DNA of 41,611 bases from positions 1 to 41,611 of IMG/VR virus record IMGVR_UViG_3300022217_000089. One strand, given 5' to 3'. Shown piece after piece: positions 1 through 7,830 of this stretch. The notes under the pieces are model-generated. The model saw nothing but the letters and a program-made list of their open reading frames with translations. It made no database searches and was not told the origin of the DNA. The stretch's first letter is position 1. The number at the start of each line of letters is the position of its first letter. A program made the position numbers and the translations under genes. This DNA comes from a virus. Taxonomy: Duplodnaviria; Caudoviricetes.

Positions 1-123
1 GACGCCGCAAGGGTCGCCGCAGGGGACGCCGCATGGGCCGCCACATGGGACGCCGCAAGGGCCGCCGCATGGGCCGCCGCAGGGGAAAAACAAGCTCAAA
101 TCATTAAGGGATATTTAAAATGA
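1..123 (+). CDS. 3' end of the Ala-rich repeat / Imm5-like protein (wraps from 41108)
   Basis: Frame 1 reads DAARVAAGDAAWAATWDAARAAAWAAAGEKQAQIIKGYLK*, in frame with 41108..41611. Confidence 0.8.
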   Translation, partial: DAARVAAGDAAWAATWDAARAAAWAAAGEKQAQIIKGYLK

Positions 124-158
124 ATGAGCATGGTCGGAGAAAGAAGGAGAGTGGATAG

Positions 159-431
159 ATGCCGTATAAAAAGAATCAACCGAAATGCACTTGTGGTCAT
201 AGTGTTACAAAGCATAAAAAGTGGTTAGATGGAGCCCACCGAGCATATACTTATTGTCGTTGTAAAAACTGTGAGTGTAAAAAATTTAAAGATAAAGACG
301 ACCTCACGTGGTCGGAGAAAGCATGTGAAGGATGTAAGCACAATGCTCAATTAGGAGAAATAGATGCAGACCCAAATATAACATGGTCAGAGCGTTGCAC
401 TTGTGACGAGGAAAAGGGGGTGTGGGAGTGA
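159..431 (+). CDS. Cys/His-rich putative zinc-binding protein
   Basis: SD GAAGGAG upstream; motifs CTCGH..H, CRCKNCEC, CEGC...CTC. Confidence 0.7.
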   Translation: MPYKKNQPKCTCGHSVTKHKKWLDGAHRAYTYCRCKNCECKKFKDKDDLTWSEKACEGCKHNAQLGEIDADPNITWSERCTCDEEKGVWE

Positions 432-625
432 CTAGAGAAGAATACAAGAGACGATATATTGCACGCATGGTAGAGCAAAGTTTTGTAACCCATGAAGAAG
501 CCGAAGATATTTTTGAATGTGGGCATCCAACAACTGGTATGTGCGCAAAAGATACCGAAGAAGCATTAGAAATGGGTGAGCCTGAATGGTCGGCAGATAT
601 GGAGATGTCTTATTGGGAAGACTAA
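428..625 (+). CDS. hypothetical acidic phage protein
   Basis: GTGA overlap with the upstream stop; C-terminus GEPEWSADMEMSYWED. Confidence 0.65.
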   Translation: MTREEYKRRYIARMVEQSFVTHEEAEDIFECGHPTTGMCAKDTEEALEMGEPEWSADMEMSYWED

Positions 626-650
626 CCCCACCAACCAACAGGAGGAAGTG

Positions 651-914
651 ATGAAGGGCTTAGTATTAATACTCTTGATCGCAACCGCTTTTACTTACTG
701 GTTGAAGTGGGCAGGAGGGTATTACGAAAAGCAGGAACGAGTTTTTATTTATCACACCATAAGGCATAAGATTATAGGCGGCAGGAGCAGGGCAGTAACG
801 ACCCTTAAATTCCGATGGGTATGTGTAAAAAATTGTGGAAGGGAAAAACCAAATGAACAAAGTAACAAGAGCAGATCGCATCAAAGCAACAAAGCTCGCA
901 AAGGCTTATCGTAA
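651..914 (+). CDS. hypothetical membrane-anchored protein
   Basis: GGAGG at 641-645; hydrophobic N-terminus MKGLVLILLIATAFTYWL. Confidence 0.55.
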   Translation: MKGLVLILLIATAFTYWLKWAGGYYEKQERVFIYHTIRHKIIGGRSRAVTTLKFRWVCVKNCGREKPNEQSNKSRSHQSNKARKGLS

Positions 915-1059
915 AAAGCACAAGATTAGCCAGGGCGGACTATCAATCAAGCTCGACTGTTACCAGCAGGAAGTATCTAAGCTGGAGAACGGCGTCAAAG
1001 TGCCGGCAACAATCGTCCGTCGCGCGTTGAAATTACTCACTGAAACTAACGACAACTAA
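853..1059 (+). CDS. XRE-family helix-turn-helix protein
   Basis: LAKAYRKKHKISQGGLSIKLDCYQQEVSKLENG fits the HTH_3 pattern. Confidence 0.75.
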   Translation: MNKVTRADRIKATKLAKAYRKKHKISQGGLSIKLDCYQQEVSKLENGVKVPATIVRRALKLLTETNDN

Positions 1060-1060
1060 T

Positions 1061-1936
1061 ATGAACTACCTCGACCTCTTTTCAGGCTGTGGCGGTTTCC
1101 GGCGAGGTTTAGAAGAAGCTGGCTATGTCTTTGAATGGGAAGGCCATAGCGAAATTGATAAGTACGCCAAACAGGTATATGAAAAACACTATCCAAACTC
1201 GGAGGACTTAGGTGATGTCAAAACAATTAGACTTGATGGGCTCCCAAAAATCGACCTTATCACTTTCGGATTCCCTTGCCAGGATTTGTCGGTTGCTGGA
1301 AAGCGGGGAGGACTCGGAGCTTCACGAAGCGGCCTATTCTTTGAGGCGATGCGAATCATTAGAGCTACGAAGCCCGATTATTTTATCTTTGAAAACGTCA
1401 AAGGTCTTTTCTCAAGTAACGGAGGACTCGATTGGCTTAATGTTCTTAGAGAGGTTGCCGACTCTGGGTATGATGGTCAATGGCAACTTCTTAATACAAG
1501 GTGGTTTCTCCCCCAAAATCGAGAGCGGATTTACTTTGTCGGATATCCTAGAGGAACAAGTAGACCAAAAATATTTCCTATCGGAGAAAGCGGCAGAGTG
1601 GTATCTAAAAAAAGGGATGGATTACCAAATATTCGACAGGTTGCCGGAGCGTGCCGGAGTACAGACTATAAAGGAACGCATAACTTAATTAATGAAATAG
1701 CCATGTGCCTTGATAGTAACTATTATAAGGGGCTAGACGCCCATCAACAAAGAATGGGTGTGAAAGAAAAATCTTCTATCCGCCGCCTTACCCCTGTCGA
1801 GTGTGAGCGCTTACAAGGTTTTCCCGATGGATGGACAGGGGGGGTAAGTGATACCCAAAGATATAAGATGCTCGGAAATGCGGTTAGCGTACCTGTAGTT
1901 AAGGCAATAGCAGAAAAAGCAAAGGAGCGTCAATGA
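1061..1936 (+). CDS. dcm: DNA (cytosine-5)-methyltransferase
   Basis: Motif I DLFSGCGG, IV GFPCQDLS, VI FENVKG, VIII QNRERIYFVG, IX RRLTPVECERLQGFP, X YKMLGNAV. Confidence 0.95.
   Translation: MNYLDLFSGCGGFRRGLEEAGYVFEWEGHSEIDKYAKQVYEKHYPNSEDLGDVKTIRLDGLPKIDLITFGFPCQDLSVAGKRGGLGASRSGLFFEAMRIIRATKPDYFIFENVKGLFSSNGGLDWLNVLREVADSGYDGQWQLLNTRWFLPQNRERIYFVGYPRGTSRPKIFPIGESGRVVSKKRDGLPNIRQVAGACRSTDYKGTHNLINEIAMCLDSNYYKGLDAHQQRMGVKEKSSIRRLTPVECERLQGFPDGWTGGVSDTQRYKMLGNAVSVPVVKAIAEKAKERQ
1215..1688 (+). CDS. nested +1-frame protein inside the C5-MTase, resembling the M.EcoHK31I beta polypeptide
   Basis: GGAGGA at 1201-1206, 8 nt before ATG 1215; 157 codons open; contains LKTS...GMMVNG...SGFTLSDILEEQVDQKYFLSEK. 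Confidence 0.7.
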   Translation: MSKQLDLMGSQKSTLSLSDSLARICRLLESGEDSELHEAAYSLRRCESLELRSPIILSLKTSKVFSQVTEDSIGLMFLERLPTLGMMVNGNFLIQGGFSPKIESGFTLSDILEEQVDQKYFLSEKAAEWYLKKGMDYQIFDRLPERAGVQTIKERIT

Positions 1937-2505
1937 AAGTCTTGGTGGCTTGCGAATATAGTGGTGTGGTAAGGGATGCTTTTGCCGCGCGCGGGCATGA
2001 TGCTTGGAGTTGTGATATTCTTCCAACGGAAAGCCCCGGACAACACTATCAAGATGATATTCGTAATATGTTAGAGGAATATTGGGATTTAATGATAGCG
2101 CATCCGCCATGTACTTATCTCTCCGTGTCTGGTTTGCACTGGAACAAAAGAATAGAAGGCAGGGCGGCAAAGACTGAAAAGGCTTTAAGGCTTGTCCGAA
2201 CTTTATTGGATGCGCCAATACCTAAAATCGCGCTTGAGAATCCCGTAAGTTGTATTAGTACACAAATTAGAAAGCCAGATCAAATTATTCAGCCGTGGCA
2301 GTTTGGGCATGATGCAAGTAAAAAAACGTGCCTATGGCTTAAAAATCTACCATTACTTGTACCGACAAAAATTATCACTAAAAAGCGTTATGCTAATCAA
2401 ACGCCTAGTGGTCAAAACAAACTTGGTCCTTCACCGGAGAGGGCAAAATTAAGAAGTCTGACCTATAAAGGAATCGCCGAAGCAATGGCGACACAATGGG
2501 GTTAA
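1933..2505 (+). CDS. short phage DNA cytosine methyltransferase-like protein
   Basis: MKVLVACEYSG (SAM-binding-like), AHPPCT (catalytic PC), ALENP, C-terminal RSLTYKGIAEAMATQWG; ATGA coupling to dcm. Confidence 0.8.
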   Translation: MKVLVACEYSGVVRDAFAARGHDAWSCDILPTESPGQHYQDDIRNMLEEYWDLMIAHPPCTYLSVSGLHWNKRIEGRAAKTEKALRLVRTLLDAPIPKIALENPVSCISTQIRKPDQIIQPWQFGHDASKKTCLWLKNLPLLVPTKIITKKRYANQTPSGQNKLGPSPERAKLRSLTYKGIAEAMATQWG

Positions 2506-2508
2506 TAC

Positions 2509-5271
2509 ATGGCATTTGATATTGACGAGATAAAAGCCCTTCGCTCGCTTGTAGACGTTGTGGGCGAGCGAGTTAAATTAAAAGCAAACGGCAAAGAGTA
2601 TAGAGGGCTTTGCCCTTTTCATAGCGAAAAAACTCCGTCCTTTGATGTTGTCCCTGAGAATGGATTCTGGCATTGCAAGGGGTGTGGTCAGGGCGGAGAT
2701 ATTATTGATTTCGTAATGCTGGCGGATGGCGTTGACTTCAAAGGCGCTTGCGAAATACTTGGAGGCAAACGTAAGACCGGCACGAAAATAGCCACGAAAA
2801 AAGCTGTTAAAAAAATATTCAAATCTTGTTATGACGGCATAGAGCCGATAATACCTGTTCCGAGTCATGCCCCGCTCTTTATTAAAAACAAAAAAACTCC
2901 TCCCATATGGAACCCAAAGCGTGACGAGGATGGTGTTTGGCGTGAATCAACCTATAGGCCGGAGATGGTCTTTGAGTACACGACGGCAGAAGGAAAGCTC
3001 TTAGGCTATGTCTTGAGGGTTGTTATCGCCGACAAGAAGCTTACGCCGACGATCATGTGGGTAAAGCGCAAGGACAAGGAGGGCAACCACATTGAGCAAT
3101 GGTGTCATTATTCCTTCCCTGAGCCGAGACCGCTATATGGTCTTGCCGGTCTTTACCTCAACCCTGATGCTCCGGTCCTCATAGTTGAGGGCGAAAAATG
3201 CGTAGATGCCGCGCATAGGCTCTTACCGAAATATAACGTAGTCTCATGGCCCGGAGGCGGTAAAGTCTTCTCCAGGGCCGACTGGAGCCCTATGAAGGGC
3301 AAAAAGGTGACTCTGTGGCCCGATGCAGACCAGGAAGGCGCCGACACAATGGATCTGTTGGCCGCCAAGATGCTCGATATCGGCGCTGAGAGCGTTCAAA
3401 TCATCACATGGGACGAGAGCAAGCCGAAGGGATGGGACGTTGCCGACGCTGAGGCCGAGAAGTGGAGCAAGACCAAGCTAATCAAATGGGCGAAGGAGCG
3501 CGCGAAATCTTATCCTGAGCCAAAGCCCGAAGCGGAGCAATCGGGCGAGGAAATGCCGCCGATAGAGGATGGTCCGCCACCAGAGGCCTATGATATGGAC
3601 AGCGAGAATCAAGCCAGCCCTGAACCTCCGAACAAGGACGACCACGCTCCGCCGTTCAAGGCGCTTGGGCATAAAGACAATTATTTTTATTATCTGCCGG
3701 ACATGACACAGCAGGTTGTAAAGCTATCTCCGCAGGCGCACACTAAAAACAATATGATGCTCCTTGCTCCTTTAAAATATTGGTCAAGTCATTTTGGTGC
3801 TAGAACTAAAGACGGCGTGGATTGGGAAAATGCCTTTGAATCTTTACTGCGCCTACAGAATAGGGCGGGTATCTTCGACGAGCACAATAAAATCCGAGGC
3901 AGAGGCGCATGGCTTGATGCCGGCAGGACGGTCTTACATTTAGGCTCGCATGTTTATGTCGATGGAGAGCCTTTTGAGCCTCAAAAAGTGGATAGCAAAT
4001 ATATATACCCGCGCGACATAGACCTTGATATTGACGCCTCAAAGCCGGCAACGACAAAAGAGAGCCGAGCCCTGATGGATATATGCCAGCGACTATCTTG
4101 GCAGAATGAACTCTCAGGGCGCTTGCTCGCCGGCTGGCTGGTCATAGCCCCTGTCTGCGGCATGCTCAAATGGCGTCCGCATCTTTGGATAACCGGCGCC
4201 GCCGGTACAGGCAAGTCCACGATCTTAGACACGATAGTTAAAAAGGTATTGGGGCCGACTGGTCAGCTATTCTCGAAGAATACAACCGAAGCCGCCATAC
4301 GCCAGCATCTTGGCCGAGACGCCCTGCCGATAGCCATTGACGAATTTGAAGCCGAGGACAAGAAGGCCGTTACCATCGTCCAGGGCATATTGAACCTTGC
4401 GAGGCTGGCAAGCTCAGGCGGTATCGTCCTCAAGGGTACGGCTGACGGAACCGGGCAAGCCTTTTGCGTAAGAGCCTGTTTTTTATTCGGCTCGATAAAT
4501 ACGTCCATCTATCATAAGGCCGACGAGGATAGAATTTCAACGCTGATATTGAAACCCATAAAGAGGACCGACGACGAAGACAAACGCTGGCAAGCGCTTT
4601 TAGGAGATATCCTTGCGACCTGCACAAATGAGTACGCCAATAAGATGCTTGCGCGGACGCTTGACAATCTCAAGGTCTTACAGACTAACTGCAATACGTT
4701 CACGGAGGCAGTAGCCGTCGTTTTGAAATCTCGCAGAGTAGCCGACCAGATGGGGACGCTCTTGGCCGGCGCACATCTTTGTCATAATACTAAAGAAATC
4801 CCATTGGCCGAGGCGGTTGAATGGGTAAAAAAACAGGGATGGACAGAGCACACCACCATTGAGGCAAAAGGTGACGAGGAGCGCCTGCTGGATAGGCTCG
4901 CTACCAGCCGGATACGGTTCAACGCCTCAAATGGGCCAAAGGAAACGAGTTTAGGAGAATTGATTATTATCGCTTCCAATATTTTGGTTAATTCTGACGA
5001 TATTATCAACACAGCCGACGCCATACGAGAGTTAAAGCTTTACGGTATCCTGGTCAAGGACGAGGAGCTTAACGACATAAGCAAGGCATATGTCTATATC
5101 TCCAACGATAGCGGTCCGATTAGAAAGCTCCTTGCCGAGACACCTTGGGCTGGCGAATGGGGTAGGCCATTGCGCGATCTCGAAGGAGCAGAGGCCACCA
5201 AGACAAAACACTTTAGTTCAGGCATCAAATCAAGAGCGACGAAGTTACCTTTAAGCTTGTTTTTAGAATAG
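2509..5271 (+). CDS. DNA primase-helicase (CHC2 zinc finger + TOPRIM + P-loop helicase; P4 alpha-like architecture)
   Basis: CPFHSEKTPSF...CKGC zinc finger; VLIVEGEK and WPDAD TOPRIM motifs; Walker A GAAGTGKST; Walker B IAIDEFE. Confidence 0.9.
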   Translation: MAFDIDEIKALRSLVDVVGERVKLKANGKEYRGLCPFHSEKTPSFDVVPENGFWHCKGCGQGGDIIDFVMLADGVDFKGACEILGGKRKTGTKIATKKAVKKIFKSCYDGIEPIIPVPSHAPLFIKNKKTPPIWNPKRDEDGVWRESTYRPEMVFEYTTAEGKLLGYVLRVVIADKKLTPTIMWVKRKDKEGNHIEQWCHYSFPEPRPLYGLAGLYLNPDAPVLIVEGEKCVDAAHRLLPKYNVVSWPGGGKVFSRADWSPMKGKKVTLWPDADQEGADTMDLLAAKMLDIGAESVQIITWDESKPKGWDVADAEAEKWSKTKLIKWAKERAKSYPEPKPEAEQSGEEMPPIEDGPPPEAYDMDSENQASPEPPNKDDHAPPFKALGHKDNYFYYLPDMTQQVVKLSPQAHTKNNMMLLAPLKYWSSHFGARTKDGVDWENAFESLLRLQNRAGIFDEHNKIRGRGAWLDAGRTVLHLGSHVYVDGEPFEPQKVDSKYIYPRDIDLDIDASKPATTKESRALMDICQRLSWQNELSGRLLAGWLVIAPVCGMLKWRPHLWITGAAGTGKSTILDTIVKKVLGPTGQLFSKNTTEAAIRQHLGRDALPIAIDEFEAEDKKAVTIVQGILNLARLASSGGIVLKGTADGTGQAFCVRACFLFGSINTSIYHKADEDRISTLILKPIKRTDDEDKRWQALLGDILATCTNEYANKMLARTLDNLKVLQTNCNTFTEAVAVVLKSRRVADQMGTLLAGAHLCHNTKEIPLAEAVEWVKKQGWTEHTTIEAKGDEERLLDRLATSRIRFNASNGPKETSLGELIIIASNILVNSDDIINTADAIRELKLYGILVKDEELNDISKAYVYISNDSGPIRKLLAETPWAGEWGRPLRDLEGAEATKTKHFSSGIKSRATKLPLSLFLE

Positions 5272-5283
5272 GAGGATTGAATA

Positions 5284-6282
5284 ATGGCCGACACTAATAT
5301 TGAATGGACCGATAAGGTCTGGAACCCGGTAACGGGGTGTACGCAAATAAGCGCGGGTTGTAGGAACTGCTACGCAAAGAGGATGGCGAACCGGCTCAAG
5401 GGGCGGTTCGGGTATCCGGCGGACGACCCTTTCAAGGTAACGCTCCACCCTGAAAGGCTGGACGAACCTCAAGGCTGGAAAAAGCCGAGGCGAATATTTG
5501 TTTGTTCAATGAGTGATCTTTTTCATAAAGACGTGCCTGATTACTTTATATCACGGGTATTAAATGTACCTATGCGCGGGGCGCATCGTCATACCTATTT
5601 AATATTAACAAAGCGTCCCGATAGGGCAAAATCATTTTTAGAAGGTTTTTATAATGGCACAGGCAAAGTAGTTGCTTGTGTAGATGAAAACAGAAAACCC
5701 ATACCTACAAAACCTTGCCCTCGTATTTATTTAGGCGTCTCGGTCGAGGACCAGCCCTCTGCCGATCACCGGATACCGTACCTGTTGCAGACCCCGGCGG
5801 CGAAGCGGTTTGTAAGTTACGAGCCCGCGCTCGGGCCGGTGGATTTTAAGGGTCATATTGAACCTTATTGGGAATGTCCGAAGTGTCATTCTTGGAGCAT
5901 ATCTAAGCCTGTAAATCCTCCTACGTGTTGTTCGTTTCCTTCCAAATGGAAGCTTAATTACGGCATTAATCAAATAATCATGGGCGGAGAGACCGGCCCC
6001 GGGGCGAGGCCGATGCACCCGGATTGGGCGCGCTCGGTTCGGGACCAGTGCGTCGAGGCGGACGTTCCGTTCTTCTTTAAGCAGTGGGGGGAGTGGTCGC
6101 AGACGCAAGGTGAGCCCGGAGGCGATCTCGGCGGGGATATGCGTAAAGGGAATGTCGAGATTGTAAAGTCTAGTGGTGAAAACGACGGTCATTTTCGTAA
6201 AGGCGATGTACTTATGCGTCGCGTCGGCAAAAAGAACGCCGGACACCTGCTCGACGGTAAAGAGCACAGGGGGTTGATATAA
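5284..6282 (+). CDS. DUF5131 / phage Gp37-Gp68 family (radical-SAM-like) protein
   Basis: TNIEWTDKVWNPVTGCTQISAGCRNCYA (Cx6Cx2C), IFVCSMSDLFH, LTKRP, SYEP, GGETG, PFFFKQWG. Confidence 0.92.
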   Translation: MADTNIEWTDKVWNPVTGCTQISAGCRNCYAKRMANRLKGRFGYPADDPFKVTLHPERLDEPQGWKKPRRIFVCSMSDLFHKDVPDYFISRVLNVPMRGAHRHTYLILTKRPDRAKSFLEGFYNGTGKVVACVDENRKPIPTKPCPRIYLGVSVEDQPSADHRIPYLLQTPAAKRFVSYEPALGPVDFKGHIEPYWECPKCHSWSISKPVNPPTCCSFPSKWKLNYGINQIIMGGETGPGARPMHPDWARSVRDQCVEADVPFFFKQWGEWSQTQGEPGGDLGGDMRKGNVEIVKSSGENDGHFRKGDVLMRRVGKKNAGHLLDGKEHRGLI

Positions 6283-6344
6283 CAAGAAGCATGTTATCCG
6301 AGAGTCCATACCGACAAGGGCTATCAAAAGAAATGGAGGTAGTT

Positions 6345-6581
6345 ATGAGCGAAAAATATAAAGGATATGACTTGATACCTGGCTCTCCCCAGGGCTTGCA
6401 CGTTGTATATGTCTATTTGGGCTCCTCCAAGACCTACATGACAGGCGGAGAATTGACCAAAGAAAAGGCGCTGGAGGAAGCAAAAAAATGGATAGATGAA
6501 TCTACCGAGTGTGAACCTCACGGCGTCCTTTGTTGCGAATACAAAGACGGCAAGTTTATGTGCGGAAGGAGGCAGGTATGA
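6345..6581 (+). CDS. hypothetical protein
   Basis: GGAGGT SD before ATG 6345; ATGA overlap with the ASCH gene. Confidence 0.65.
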   Translation: MSEKYKGYDLIPGSPQGLHVVYVYLGSSKTYMTGGELTKEKALEEAKKWIDESTECEPHGVLCCEYKDGKFMCGRRQV

Positions 6582-7069
6582 AGGCAATCAGCCTATGGCA
6601 ACCGTGGGCCTCGTTAATTGCTACAGGAGCAAAGAGATTCGAGACCCGTTCATGGTCCACCAAGCATCGAGGGGCTCTTGCTATCTGCGCGGCGAAGGGT
6701 GGATTGTCGAAAGCGGATATGAGCAATTATCTTTATCGTTTCTATGGCGGCCTTGCGCCGCTTATTGGTAAACCGCTCGACCCTATAAAACAAAATTGTG
6801 TCGGGGTTCATGCTAAACACTTGCCCTTTGGCGAAATCGTAGCCATAGTAAATCTTATTGATTGTATTCGCACTGACGATATGACAGAGATGGAAATAGG
6901 TACAGACCGGCCTTTTGGAGATTTTAGCCCTGGACGCTACGCATGGGGATTTGACCGCCATATAATAGTTCCAGTCAAGCCAATGCCGGTAGTTGGACGA
7001 CAAGGGCTATTCAATATTGATTTTATGGATAAAGTTGACATCAGCGTTAATTTTAAGAAGGCGTATTAA
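6578..7069 (+). CDS. ASCH domain protein
   Basis: MKAISLWQPWASLIATGAKRFETRSW...RG.LAI.AAK and C-terminal PMPVVGRQGLFN. Start taken at ATG 6578 after AAGGAGG. Confidence 0.9.
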   Translation: MKAISLWQPWASLIATGAKRFETRSWSTKHRGALAICAAKGGLSKADMSNYLYRFYGGLAPLIGKPLDPIKQNCVGVHAKHLPFGEIVAIVNLIDCIRTDDMTEMEIGTDRPFGDFSPGRYAWGFDRHIIVPVKPMPVVGRQGLFNIDFMDKVDISVNFKKAY

Positions 7070-7400
7070 TTATCTTAAGCGCCTCCTCCACGCTCCGAGC
7101 GACGCCGGCGAGACCGCCATGCTTGCGGACCATGTGAAGGAAGTTTGTCTGTGCCTGCGTAGCTTTACCCTTAGCGGCCTTGACTTCTATTGCCATGAAA
7201 ACCCCTATTTCCTGCCCTACCATGTCCGGCGTTATCTTGATCTTTTTTATACCGATGATATCTGAGGAACCCTTACAAAGACCGTAACGGACCAGCCGAC
7301 CATCTTTATCCTTTAGGGCGCCAGTATTATTTCTAAAGCTCATTACTTGTGCGTCTGCCAGCGCCATGCGAATTTCATTTTGGATATCTATCTCGCTCAT
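7053..7400 (-). CDS. VRR-NUC domain nuclease (putative resolvase)
   Basis: MSEIDIQNEI...FRNNTG...GSSDIIG...AIEVK...Q..FL..V...GG.AGVARS. Confidence 0.88.
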   Translation of the reverse strand: MSEIDIQNEIRMALADAQVMSFRNNTGALKDKDGRLVRYGLCKGSSDIIGIKKIKITPDMVGQEIGVFMAIEVKAAKGKATQAQTNFLHMVRKHGGLAGVARSVEEALKIINTPS

Positions 7401-7830
7401 GCTTGGTCTCCCTTCCGGGTCTAAAAATCACAACAGCACTTGGAAAGGGCGCAGAGTTTTTAGATCCTCCAAACTTCAAGCGCCCTTTTATAAATCGTAT
7501 TTCACCCTTCATGGCATAATCGTGCCACCAGCGAGTATCGGTACGAGAAGGCACAAGGCAAACAACCGTAGCGCCTTCCTGTGAAGATTCATAAGCCTTT
7601 TTCATCCACTTGCCTATCTCTCTACCATAGGGCGGATTCATAAAGACAACACCCCACCACCTATGTTGAAGGCCATCATCGGCTTTAGTCAGATATTCCT
7701 CACACTTTGCGTTTTCTCGCGTAGCACAAGGATCTAAGGTAAAATTAAATTCCGCATCAAGTTTATCGAAAAAATCTTGAGGCGTAGCGTGTTCCGGCGT
7801 TTTGCTTGAGTACATACCTTCGTTCATCAT
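7375..7830 (-). CDS. phage DNA N6-adenine methyltransferase (phage Dam family)
   Basis: TPQDFFDKLDAEFNFTLDPCA, catalytic MNPPY, VPSRTDTRWWH, APFPSA. Start at 7830 (ATGA overlap with the helicase stop). Confidence 0.92.
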   Translation of the reverse strand: MMNEGMYSSKTPEHATPQDFFDKLDAEFNFTLDPCATRENAKCEEYLTKADDGLQHRWWGVVFMNPPYGREIGKWMKKAYESSQEGATVVCLVPSRTDTRWWHDYAMKGEIRFIKGRLKFGGSKNSAPFPSAVVIFRPGRETKHERDRYPK

